Assembly: GCA_965240325.2 (NCBI GenBank)
Contig: OZ251240.1
Coordinates: 744,001-808,000, forward strand
Direction of reading: 5' to 3'
DNA length: 64,000 bases
DNA from: Rebecca billardiae RCC1528
Lineage: Eukaryota > Protista > Haptophyta
Below the pieces are notes generated by a model, which saw only the letters and a list, made by a program, of their open reading frames with translations, was not told the DNA's origin and ran no database searches. Positions 54,762 to 64,000 of the stretch are shown piece by piece. The translations under genes were made by a program, and so were the position numbers. The stretch's first letter is position 1, and each line of letters begins with the position of its first letter.

Positions 54762-54939
54762 CAGGGGCGTTCCCCGCACTGGTCATACGCCAAATCGAAT
54801 CGTGTTCCTATTGAAATGGGCTCTCTCTATTTAAAGCGGGTACATTTGATTACGGCCCGCGCCAGTCCGGTAGCAATGCCCCCCCCAGGGGGGGGCATTG
54901 CTTTCGGGAGCGTGTGGCAGGATCCCGGGAACGCCCTTG
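54762..54939. mobile_element. Short MITE-like element with 13-bp imperfect TIRs and an internal perfect palindrome
   Basis: CAGGGGCGTTCCC at 54762 and GGGAACGCCCTTG ending 54939; AGCAATG-C8-A-G8-CATTGCT at 54872-54902; no TSD. Confidence 0.45.
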
Positions 54940-54982
54940 GGCGTGAACGGAGGATCGATCATCCCCGCCGCGTGAACCCACG

Positions 54983-56473
54983 ATGGCGTGCCCTCTCCGC
55001 GCCGCACTGCTTTTGCTCCTGCTCCTGAGCCAGCCCGCCATCGCAGGTTGGAGCCGGGTGGGTGCCATTGCGCACCAAGCGGCCTCGCACACGCTGTCGC
55101 TCGACCTGCTCGGAAAACCGCCGCCTTGGCCCGCGTGCGACCTCAGCTGGAGGCAGCAAGAGCGGCCTGGCGCCGGCCTGAACGACGACGAGCGATGGCG
55201 CGTGCAACGCTACCTGGGCGAGTTCGGCGACGTGCCCGTGGACGCCGACCCTGCAGAGGGGACCACGCCGAACCACACCGCGCTCGACGCCCTGCGCGCC
55301 TCGCGCGCGCCCGCCCTCGGCGCGCACTGCGAGGGCGGCTCCCTGCTGCTGCACACCGGCGCAGACGTGGACCATTGCTCGCGCGCGTCAGAATATGCAG
55401 TGGAGATGCGCTGCTTCCTGGCGGCGTACATGGCGGCCGCGTTCCCGGACAGAGGCGTGCGCAGGGCGGCGAAGGGCGCGCTCCTTTGGCCCTGGCGATA
55501 CGGTGACAGCACACGCACGCTCCGCCCACCCTACCTCACCAAGTCCCGGCTGATTGGGGCGGGGCGCGGCGGCGCGGTGCTGCTGCCGCTTCACCACATG
55601 CGCTTTGCTCCCGGTCTGTACACCGTGCACATGCTGGAGCGCAAGCACCCGCTGCCCTTCCTCGAGCGCCAGCCGTGCGCGTTCTGGCGCGGCGCGACGA
55701 CCGGCAACGTCTCGCGCGTGATCCTTGGCAGCAAGCGTGATGGCGGCGGCGGCAGGGGCGCCGGCCGTGGCAGGGGTGCGGCCGCCCGGCCGGCAGCGGC
55801 GGCCCACGGCTCGACACGTCTTTCACTCGTGGAGCGGTGGGCCGGGGTGAAGGACCGGGCCGCGACGGGCGGCGTGCAGCTCGACGTCGCGTTCTCCACG
55901 CTCTCCTCCGGCCTCAAGCAAAAGGCGCGCTCGCGCGGCGTGGAGCGCGCCGAGCTCGGCCAGCTCGCGCGCGGCCGCGTCGACATCGGGACAATGCTGC
56001 GCTGCCGGTACCAGCTGGCGCCAGAGGGGAACGACGTGGCGACCGCGCTGGCGTGGCAGCTGTTCACGGACAGCGTCGTGCTGATGCCGCCGCCGACCAA
56101 GGAGAACTGGCTGCTGCAGAGCGAGCTGCGCGCCTGGGAGCACTACGTCCCCGTGCGTCCGGACTGGTCCGATCTTGGGGAGCGGCTGGCGTGGTGCGAA
56201 GCGCACCCACGGGCGGGGGCGAACATCTCGGCGCGCGCGCGGGCGCACGTGCTGCGCGCGGTGGGCGCGACGGTGGAATCCGAGCGGCGCGTGGTCGTCG
56301 CCGTGCTGCACGCGTTCAGGCGCGTGGTCTCCGCGCTGCCCCCAGCGGTCGCCAAGGAGATTGCGACACTGGCTGAGCTGGCGATCGCGCCATCACGCGG
56401 CAGCGGGCGGCTCAGCGGCAAGGCTGCCAGGAGGCGCGGCGGTAGCACACCACAGCCCGCAAGCACTGACTGA
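54983..56473 (+). CDS. Glycosyltransferase family 90 (CAP10 domain) protein
   Basis: AFWRGATTG, YQLAPEGNDVATALAWQLFTDSVVLMPPP, WEHYVPVRPDWSDL; signal peptide. Confidence 0.88.
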   Translation: MACPLRAALLLLLLLSQPAIAGWSRVGAIAHQAASHTLSLDLLGKPPPWPACDLSWRQQERPGAGLNDDERWRVQRYLGEFGDVPVDADPAEGTTPNHTALDALRASRAPALGAHCEGGSLLLHTGADVDHCSRASEYAVEMRCFLAAYMAAAFPDRGVRRAAKGALLWPWRYGDSTRTLRPPYLTKSRLIGAGRGGAVLLPLHHMRFAPGLYTVHMLERKHPLPFLERQPCAFWRGATTGNVSRVILGSKRDGGGGRGAGRGRGAAARPAAAAHGSTRLSLVERWAGVKDRAATGGVQLDVAFSTLSSGLKQKARSRGVERAELGQLARGRVDIGTMLRCRYQLAPEGNDVATALAWQLFTDSVVLMPPPTKENWLLQSELRAWEHYVPVRPDWSDLGERLAWCEAHPRAGANISARARAHVLRAVGATVESERRVVVAVLHAFRRVVSALPPAVAKEIATLAELAIAPSRGSGRLSGKAARRRGGSTPQPASTD

Positions 56474-57014
56474 AGCAGCATTGAGTGTCCGGGTGATCGG
56501 ACATTGCCGACCGAGCACTCGGACACTCACCCGCCAAACTCAAAGCCTAGTGCCCTAGTGCTTTTCAGTATTATTATTAATAATATAATTAATATCCTAC
56601 TAGATCCGTACCCGTACTGTAAGTGTAGGCGTAGCAGGCCGTATAATCCGAGGTCGGCGGTCTCGGCGAGTCCGACTCTGTAGTCTGTCGGGAGAATCAT
56701 CATCCGCCGTCATGACCCGCCGCCGCCGCGACGATGAGCCGATCCCGACTGGCGACTCCCGAGCACCGCGTTAGTGACTGAGTGACAAGGCCGTCAGACG
56801 TCAGTCGGACTCGGACCGCGTGCACTGAGGTCGGAGCAGTCAGGCAGGCGGCGTTGCACAATACTTCTGCACATCCTCGGCCGGAATAACGGTGATATAT
56901 TCAATATGATGATGCTGAGTCCTCCTAGGAGTCCTTCCTTTTAGCTTATCTGTGTTACGACTGAATGGCGCACTGCCCACACCAGTGGCAGCAGGTAGTC
57001 GTATGGGGGTACTG

Positions 57015-57063
57015 TACAGTTTACTAAGAATAAGAGACGCACATAGCTCAGGCAGGCGAGATT
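57015..57063 (+). repeat. 49-bp dispersed element, copy 2, 61 bp upstream of ATG 57125
   Basis: Matches 51645-51693 with one C/T difference. Confidence 0.9.
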
Positions 57064-57124
57064 GTACTGAACGATCAAACTCAAACGGCCGTTCCTGCGC
57101 GGCCGCGCCATCGCCCCCATCGGC

Positions 57125-58942
57125 ATGGCCGCCCTTCACGACGAGCGCGCGGCCGAGCGGCAGCAGCAGCTGCTGCGCTCGTTTCTGCAGGCGCAGGGCG
57201 ACCTGCCGGTGACGAGTGGCGATGCGCTCCTGCGCGCCGCGCCGCCGATGACCTCCTTGCCGCCGAGCACGCCGTGGGTGAACGCTGGCGACGCCGCGGG
57301 AGGCACCGGCTCGGCCGCCGCGCACTCGCCTCACCGCGCTGCTCCGCGCGGCTGGCCTGGGGCCACGCCGACATCGCCGCCGGTGCCGGTGATCGCACGG
57401 CCAGTTCCACGCCCTCCGCGCCTCCCGCCGACGCCCTCGGCGCAGACGCACGCCGCGGACTCGTGGGCGACGGGCGCTCAGGCCACCGAGCTCGCTCGCG
57501 CGCTCGCAGAGGCGCGCACCGCCCAGCTCGAGCGGCAGCGGCTGCACCGGCTGTGCGAGATGCACGCCGCGGCGGCGGACGAGGCGTTCGCACGCGCCGC
57601 GCGGCTCGAGGCCCAGCTCGCCGCCGCGCGCGCCGCCGAGGCGCACCGCGTGCGCACGGACGCGGACCGCGAGGCGGCCATGGTGGCGGCGCGCGCGCGG
57701 CTCGCTGAGCTCGAGGCGATGGAGGGCGCGCGCGCCGCGGCGTACGAGGGGCGGTTCGGCGAGGTGACGCAGGGCGCGATCGACGCGGCGCGCGCCGCGC
57801 GCGACGCCGAGGCCAGCCTCCGCGCCGAGCTCGGCGCCGCGCGGCGCGACGCGGCCGAGGCGCGCGCGCGCGAGGAGGCGTTGCAGTCACAGCTCATCCA
57901 ACAGGTGCCCGCGCTGCGGCGCGAGCGCGACGAGGCGCGGGCCGCGGCGGAGCGGGTGGTCTCGGAGCACATGGGCGCGGCGGTGGCCTCCTCCGCCGCG
58001 GCGAGCGACGCGCGGCGCGACGACGCAGCGCTCGTCGCGCGCCTGCAGCGCGAGGTGGAGGAGGCGCGCGCGCGAGAGGCGGCCGCGCGCGCGGACGCGG
58101 AGCGATCGAGGCGCGCGGAGCCGTCCGGCGGCGCGTCCGGTGGCGGCGGCGGCGGCTCGGCAGGCGCGGCGGCGGAGGCGGCCGTGCAGCAGCTCGAGGC
58201 CCAGCGCGACGCCCTCCTCTCCGCGCGGCAGCAGGCCGAGCGCCAGCTGAGCTCCCTGCAGGCGCAGCTGGCCGACGCGCTCGGCCGTGAAGAGGCCCTG
58301 CAGGCGCAGCTGGGGCAGGCGCTGGAGATGGGGCGCGAGTCGGACGCGGAGCTCGAGCGCGCGCACGCGCGGATGCGCACGCTGGAGAAGGTGCTGCGCG
58401 AGGAGCGCCGCGCGGGCTCCGACCCCGCGGCGGGCGGCGCGCCGCCCAAGTCCGGGCCGGAGGCCGAGCCTGGCGGAGGGCGCACCGCCGCGCCGGCCGC
58501 TCCGGGCGTCGGCGCGCGCACCGTCGCGGACCCGAGTGACGGCCGGGGACGCCGCGGCGAAGGGGGCTCGGCGCGCCCGGCGGCGGCCCCAGAGGAGCGC
58601 CACGCGGAGCCGCCGCCCTTCCTGCGCGCACAGCAGGCGGGCCAGCCCGCAGACGCAGCGCCGCCCACGCGCCGGGCCAACCTCGCGCCACCCGCACGCG
58701 TGCCATTCGCGACCGACGACGGCGGCACGAGCGCCGATGAGCGCGCCGCGGCGCGTGCGCGGCTGGAGCAGCGACACATGCAGCTCTCGCTCGAGCGCGA
58801 CCGGCTGCAGGCGGAGTTCTCGCGCATGCCGATCTCGTCTGGCCGCACGCTCGAGGTGCGCGAGAAGAAGGCGGCGCTGGAGACGCGGCTCGAGGCCCTC
58901 AACGCCGAGCTGGGCGACATCAACCTCCGCCTGCGTGTCTGA
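57125..58942 (+). CDS. Coiled-coil protein with MPHOSPH9/enkurin-like C-terminus
   Basis: LSLERDRLQAEFSRMPISSGRTLEVREKKAALETRLEALNAELGDINLRLR. Confidence 0.7.
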   Translation: MAALHDERAAERQQQLLRSFLQAQGDLPVTSGDALLRAAPPMTSLPPSTPWVNAGDAAGGTGSAAAHSPHRAAPRGWPGATPTSPPVPVIARPVPRPPRLPPTPSAQTHAADSWATGAQATELARALAEARTAQLERQRLHRLCEMHAAAADEAFARAARLEAQLAAARAAEAHRVRTDADREAAMVAARARLAELEAMEGARAAAYEGRFGEVTQGAIDAARAARDAEASLRAELGAARRDAAEARAREEALQSQLIQQVPALRRERDEARAAAERVVSEHMGAAVASSAAASDARRDDAALVARLQREVEEARAREAAARADAERSRRAEPSGGASGGGGGGSAGAAAEAAVQQLEAQRDALLSARQQAERQLSSLQAQLADALGREEALQAQLGQALEMGRESDAELERAHARMRTLEKVLREERRAGSDPAAGGAPPKSGPEAEPGGGRTAAPAAPGVGARTVADPSDGRGRRGEGGSARPAAAPEERHAEPPPFLRAQQAGQPADAAPPTRRANLAPPARVPFATDDGGTSADERAAARARLEQRHMQLSLERDRLQAEFSRMPISSGRTLEVREKKAALETRLEALNAELGDINLRLRV

Positions 58943-59254
58943 CTCTAGCTCACGACCCAGCTAGCTGATAGCTCTCTGATCTTCATGAACTCGCCCACAG
59001 GCACAGACCACACAGCGCACTGCCCCGTGGCTGGAACGCTGACGACGACGCTGATAATGATGAGACATGCATGCGCAGCATGACAATGATGTCGTCGTGA
59101 GCTGCTGCTTGTCTGACAGCTTGACAAATTGACAATCATCACAATCTTCACAATGCACGCCAGATGATTGAGATCCAGACTACCGGACTGTCCACTGGCT
59201 GACGACGAGACACGACGAGAGACGTCATCATCCGCTGCTGCTGATGATGATGGA

Positions 59255-61539
59255 TCAGATGAACTCGTAGTGCACGGACTGCTGGAAGTAGTCATGGTAC
59301 AGTGCCTCCACCTGAGGGTTGATCACCGTGCGCACGTGCTCGAGCGTGGCGCGCACGCGCGAGACGGCCGCGCCTGGTAGCTGCGCGCTCATGCCCTTGC
59401 GCGCGCGGCGCACCATCACGTGGCAGAGCACGTGCGCGAGCACGGCAAGGGCGCACGCGCATCCCAGCGCGACTTCGTCCGCGTCCACGGCGGAGAGCAT
59501 CGAGTTGAGCGTGTGCGCGATCGACCCTGGCCGACCGAGCCTGTTGCAAGCCGCCAGAAGGTGAGGACGGGGCGCGCGGGGCGTGTGTAAGGGTCAGCAC
59601 GCGCAGCGAGCGCTGGCGCGCATGCGGCGGCGTGCTGCGTGCGAGGGCGTGTTCGCAGCTCTAGCCTCCGGGCGAAAAGACGGGCTCGGCCGCGACAAGC
59701 TCTGGCGCACGTCGGCCGCGAGCACATCGTGCGCGTCGCCGAGCACGCGCGCGCGCCCGTGCGCGCACCCGTCAGCAAGCCAGCCGAGCCGCAGCGCCGC
59801 ATAGAGGAGGAGCAGCATCGGGCCGAGCATCGAGGCGCACGCGTATGCGAACGCGCGCACTGAGCGGCGCCGGTTGGCGTGGCTCACCGTCGCGTGCTCT
59901 GCGCGTGGGGACCAGGGCGGGGGGCGGGGCGGGGCGTGCACGCGCTGATGAGGAGCGCTCTCCCGCCGGCGAACGCGCTGCGGCGCACGGGCGCGGCGCG
60001 CGCGCACCTGTGAGCATGACGCTGAGCGTGTGCTCGAGCGTGGACGCGTCACGGCGGAGCTTGTCCAGCGTCGACTGCACCGTGTTGCGGATCGCGCTCT
60101 CGAACTCGGCGCACAGCTCGTCGATGTGGTTGGGCGGCAGGCTGTGCGCAAGCGGCGTCGTGGAGAAGTGGGCGGCGCCGCCACCGCCGGGCGTTGCGGG
60201 CGCAGAGGGCGAGAGGAGGTCGACGGCGCCCGCGCGGCCGCCAGGCGAGGAGTGCGCCGAGGGCTCGCCGCCGCCCATCGAGCCGCCCCGCTGCGGCACG
60301 TACAGCGTGGGCAGCTCGCGCAGCTGCAGCCCCAGCCGGGCGGTGAGGTTGTGAGCCAGCTGGACGAGCACCTTGTTTCGGTCCGCGTCCGATCGGACCG
60401 AGTCCGCCTGCGGCCGCAGGGGCGGCAGTCGCGCCCGGCGAGGGAGCGCGGTGCGTGCGCGGGGAGGCGGGGTGGCACGGTGGGCGCGTGTCTTGCCGGC
60501 GCTCGCTGCGTGGGCACGCCTCGGCGAGCACCGCTGACAGCGGAGCGGCTGCGCGGCCGCGAGCGCGTGCGCCAGGCGCACATCCGCACCGGGGCTGGCG
60601 GCGCACGCCATGCGGCGCGAGCGAGCGCGGCGCGGCGCACCTTGGAGAGGAAGAAGCGAAGCTTCTCGGGCGCGTCGGCGTTGAGCGCGCGCACCACCTC
60701 GAGCGTGCGGTTGCACAGCGCCTGCATGTTCGGGTCGAAGAAGACGAGCACTAGGTCCGCGTGGCGGGCGAGCTCGCTGATGCACGCCTCGATCGGAAAC
60801 GGGTACTCGAACGAGCCGTCGACCAGGCCCGGCGTGTCTATGAAGGTCAGCAGCGGGAAGTGGCGGCGGCGCGAGGTGGACACCTCGGTGCTGAGGTGCG
60901 GCGTCGCACCCAGCGCCTCCAGCCCGCCGAGGTGGTCGTACAGGTGCAGCGTGGCCGGCCCGCGCAGCGTCTCGCGCCGCTTGCCGCTTGTCACGAATGT
61001 GAAGCCCTGCGTCTCGATGGCCACACCCGTCGACTGGATGTTCTCGCCAACGTACCCTGGCATGTCTCAGCGGGCGCGACGGCGGCGCGTGCAGAGGCGT
61101 CAGCGGGGCGCTCGTGCCGCGCGCACGGCGAGGCGCGCGCCCGGCGCTCGGGCGGTGCAGACGCACAGTTGATGAATGACGACTTGCCCGCAGAGTGGTT
61201 GCCGACGAGCAGCACCATCAGCTTGCGGCGCGGCCAGTCGCACAGGAGGCCCGCATTCTCGCACAGCGCCTTGAGCCCGTCCACCCCGGGGCGGAGCGCG
61301 GCGGGCGTCGCGGGCGGCGGCGTGGACGGCGTGCGCGGCGATGCTATCGGCGACGCGAACGAGGGCGTCGAGCCGAGGTAGATCGCCGAGACGGCGCGCA
61401 GGATGCGCTCGTTCGTCTCGTCAGTCTCGTACGGCTCGTAAGATGGCGGCGGCGGCGAGCCGAGCGGGTCACCAGTGACCACCTCCTGCGCGGGCCGGCT
61501 TGCCTCGCGGGCAGCGTTCGAATCGCGGCCGGCCGCCAT
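59255..61539 (-). CDS. EHD/sarcalumenin-like dynamin-family GTPase with two C-terminal TM helices; exons 61539-61167, 61056-60641, 60407-60008, 59898-59769, 59540-59255
   Basis: VLLVGNHSAGKSSFINWY, TGVAIETQGF, FIDTPGL, VFFDP, LSKAD; four GT-AG introns splice in frame. Confidence 0.85.
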
Positions 61540-61609
61540 TTTTGACCGCGTGCGTTTCCGCGTGGGGTCCGGGCCGGGTCTATCGCCCGCGCCCACCCTT
61601 GCCGCCGCG

Positions 61610-62380
61610 ATGATGGCCGCTCGCTCGCTCCAGCTCATCATCTCGGCTGGCGCGCTTGCAAGGGCAGCTCGCGTGCCGTCCATCCGCTCGTTCCGTGGCA
61701 GCGCCTTCCACCCGCGCATGATGAGCAGCAAGGACCTCCCCACCTCCGATGAGGGCTGGATGACCGTCCTGTCGCCCGATCAGTTCACCGTGCGCGCCAC
61801 CGCTCCGCTGCGGTCTGGAGCCGCGCACGCCCAGAGCTCACATGCGGCTATGCGCACGCCGTGCCGGCGTGCCCGCCCCAGCGCACGCCCAGAGCTCACA
61901 TGCGGCTATGCGCACGCCGCGCCGGCGTGCCCGCCCCACCGGCGACAGGTGCTGCGCCAGAAGGGCACCGAGCCGCCGGGCTTCTCCGAGGGCCGCCCCG
62001 GCCAGCTCGAGTACGAGCTCAAGAAGGACGTGGGCACCAAGTACCCGCAGGAGGGCGCGTACGAGTGCGTCGGATGCGGCGCACCGCTCTACTACGCGCG
62101 GCAAAAGTTCGCCTCGGGCTGCGGCTGGCCCGCCTTCTACGAGGGCGTGCCCGGCGCGATCAAGGAGATCCCCGACGCCGACGGCATGCGCGTGGAGATT
62201 GTCTGCTCCACCTGCGAAGGCCATCTCGGACACGTGTTCAAGGGTGAGGGCTTCCCGACGCCGACCAACGAGCGCCACTGCGTCAACGGCATCTGCCTGC
62301 GGTACAACGCGGCGGCGGAGCAGCCGGAGGACGTGAAGGAGGTGCAGCCCTCGCTGCGGCCGTCGGACATCCCCAAGTGA
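61610..62380 (+). CDS. msrB: Peptide methionine sulfoxide reductase B; exons 61610-61789, 61949-62380
   Basis: LSPDQFT|VLRQKGTEPP, YECVGC, KFASGCGWPAFY, RVEIVCSTCEGHLGHVF, ERHCVNG; transit-like N-terminus. Confidence 0.95.
   Translation: MMAARSLQLIISAGALARAARVPSIRSFRGSAFHPRMMSSKDLPTSDEGWMTVLSPDQFTVRATAPLRSGAAHAQSSHAAMRTPCRRARPSARPELTCGYAHAAPACPPHRRQVLRQKGTEPPGFSEGRPGQLEYELKKDVGTKYPQEGAYECVGCGAPLYYARQKFASGCGWPAFYEGVPGAIKEIPDADGMRVEIVCSTCEGHLGHVFKGEGFPTPTNERHCVNGICLRYNAAAEQPEDVKEVQPSLRPSDIPK
61823..61938. repeat. 58-bp tandem duplication inside the MsrB intron
   Basis: 61823-61880 and 61881-61938 differ at one base. Confidence 0.92.
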
Positions 62381-62772
62381 GGCTAGTTCCTTGCCAATTG
62401 GTCGCCGCCTGACTCGGATGCCGACGGCTGGACGCCGGTGTGGGCGCGGGTGGCGCAGGCGGTGGCGCCAAGGCCGAAGACGGTCACTCGGTTCGCGACC
62501 GACACTCGTCGGCCCGATGACTCAGCTGCCTCAGTGGGCTTCAGCCTGCCTTGCGGGCTTGCCGTAGACCTGCCAGACCAACGGTGATGGTAGTTATAGT
62601 ACTGTATGCATGCCGTACGTCGTAGTCGTAGTATTAGCTGACACTAGCAGACTATAGCTTCAGTTCGGTATGGCCAATCACAGGTCTGAGTGCCACACAG
62701 CATCGGCGGGCTTAGGGTCGTTGGTAGTTGAAGTTGTCATAGGGCTCCCGGACGGAGCCACGGCCGGACGGC

Positions 62773-62830
62773 CAGAGAACATCTCTGGCGGGGCTTGCCC
62801 AGAGATGTTCTCTCACAGAGATGTTCTCTG
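62773..62830. promoter_or_regulatory. Three copies of CAGAGATGTTCTCT (one inverted, two direct) upstream of the stomatin-like gene
   Basis: Copies near 62773-62787 (inverted), 62800-62813 and 62816-62830. The regulatory role is inferred from position only. Confidence 0.4.
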
Positions 62831-62911
62831 AATACGTAAGGGGACTCCCAGCCGGCGCCCGGCGGCGGCGCGTGGCGGCTCCCGAGCGATCGCAAAGCGG
62901 CGAGCGCGAAA

Positions 62912-64000
62912 ATGGCGGCTGGACGGGCGACCGCGCTGCTCGCCTTGTGCGCGCTCGGCGTGCAGGGCGAGCTGCACGCGGGCCGCGCGCCAGCGCTCGG
63001 CGGCGCACGCACGGCGTGGCCAGCCCCGCTCGGCAGCGCGCGCGCGGCCCGCCCCAAGGCGCGTCCGCTTTGCCTACGCGCGCGCGGTGGCGAGCTCGCG
63101 ATTGCGCGCGACATTCTCATCATCTCGACGCTGATCATTGCTCTGCTCGTCGCGCAGGCGGTGCAGATTGTGGGCACCAACGAAGAGCTGCTCGTCGAGC
63201 GGCTGGGCAAGTTCCACCGCCGGCTCGGCCCCGGCCTCCACTTCGTCCTCCCTGGCTGGGAGCGTATCGCCTTCTCTGCCACGCTGCGCGAGCAGGTGCT
63301 GGACGTGCCGCCTCAGCAGTGCATCACGCGGGACAACGCGCCGCTCACGGCGGACGCAGTGATCTACTTCCGCGTGATCGACTCGTACGCCACGCGCTAC
63401 GCCGTCGAGGACCACATCGACGCCCTCTCCAACCTCGTGCTCACGCAGCTGCGCAACGAGATCGGGCAGCTCACGCTCGATCAGACGTTCGGTGCGCGCG
63501 CCGAGCTGAACCGGCTGCTGATGGTCGGGCTGGAGGAGGTGGCGGCGGGCTGGGGGCTGCGCGTGACGCGCATCGAAGTGAAGGACATCACGCCCTCGCC
63601 CGACATCCTTTCCGCGATGGAGATGCAGATGGCGGCCGAGCGCAAGAGTGCGCGCAGCGCGCATGCGTACTGCGCGCATGCGCAACCGCTCCGCCCGGCG
63701 GCCCGCGCGGCCTCCGGGCTACCCCACTCCCACCTCTCCCGGCCCACACCTGCATGGCACGCTGGTTGGCGACCCGGTCCTTGTGCTCCGCCCGCGGCGG
63801 GTGCAGTGATACGCGCCGCAAGGCCGCTGGGCGCCCCCTTCCCCCCACGCCCTCATCCACCGCGCGCCCCGCCCCGCCCCTGCCTCCTGACCGCCCACCG
63901 CAGAGCGCGCGCTCGTTCTAGAGTCTGAGGGCGAGCAGCAGTCTCGCGTCAACCGCGCGGAGGGCGACAAGTGCGCCGCTGTGCTCGCGGCGCAGGCGGA
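62912..64000 (+). CDS. Stomatin-like / SPFH (band 7) protein, 3' end beyond window; exons 62912-63647, 63904->64000
   Basis: LVERLGKFHRRLGPGLHF, REQVLDVPPQQCITRDN, LRNEIGQLTLD, AMEMQMAAERK|KRALVLESEGEQQSRVNRAEGDK. Confidence 0.93.

Noticed and set aside
59594-59596. In-frame TGA in the EHD-like gene suggesting read-through
   Set aside because: It lies within the reconstructed intron 59768-59541, whose removal restores the frame.
61610-62380. MsrB as a selenoprotein
   Set aside because: The catalytic position is TGC (RHCVNG) and there is no in-frame TGA.
1-64000. rRNA, tRNA, telomeric repeats or bacterial operon structure
   Set aside because: None recognised by eye, and the introns show eukaryotic organisation. 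tRNAscan and Infernal were not run, so small RNAs could be missed.

Overview
Gene-dense, very GC-rich eukaryotic nuclear DNA. Short GC-rich spliceosomal introns (mostly GTGCGC...CAG) and signal-peptide-first presequences on plastid-type proteins suggest an alga with a complex plastid; a haptophyte such as Pavlovales is my guess, not shown by the sequence. About 30 protein-coding genes can be supported, mostly as tight head-to-head pairs separated by AT-richer spacers at their 3' ends. Recognisable products: selenocysteine elongation factor eEFSec (5' part, missed by the ORF track), RlmE/FtsJ, ABA4-like, 2Fe-2S ferredoxin, FSH1 hydrolase, ASNSD1, a six-hairpin glycosidase-like protein, Popeye/cNMP protein, phosphoglycolate phosphatase, two Sel1-repeat/MYND paralogues, ZIP transporter, RAD16-like SNF2 ATPase, degenerate YqgF, Lin0512, RIIa-domain protein, ubiquitin-like/GH16 fusion, sulfotransferase-like protein, GT90, MPHOSPH9-like protein, EHD/dynamin-like GTPase, MsrB and a stomatin-like protein. 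Mobile-DNA signals: a 1132-bp foldback element (411-bp TIRs, TTCAT target duplication), two CAGGGGCGTT-ended MITE-like elements in divergent promoters, and a 49-bp element repeated upstream of two genes. Best leads: the variable Sel1-MYND repeat arrays, a HET/TIR-like plus PA-domain protein, the UBL-GH16/sulfotransferase/GT90 trio and the foldback element. All calls are by-eye motif recognition; no searches were run, and most long ORFs in the track are GC-rich shadow frames.
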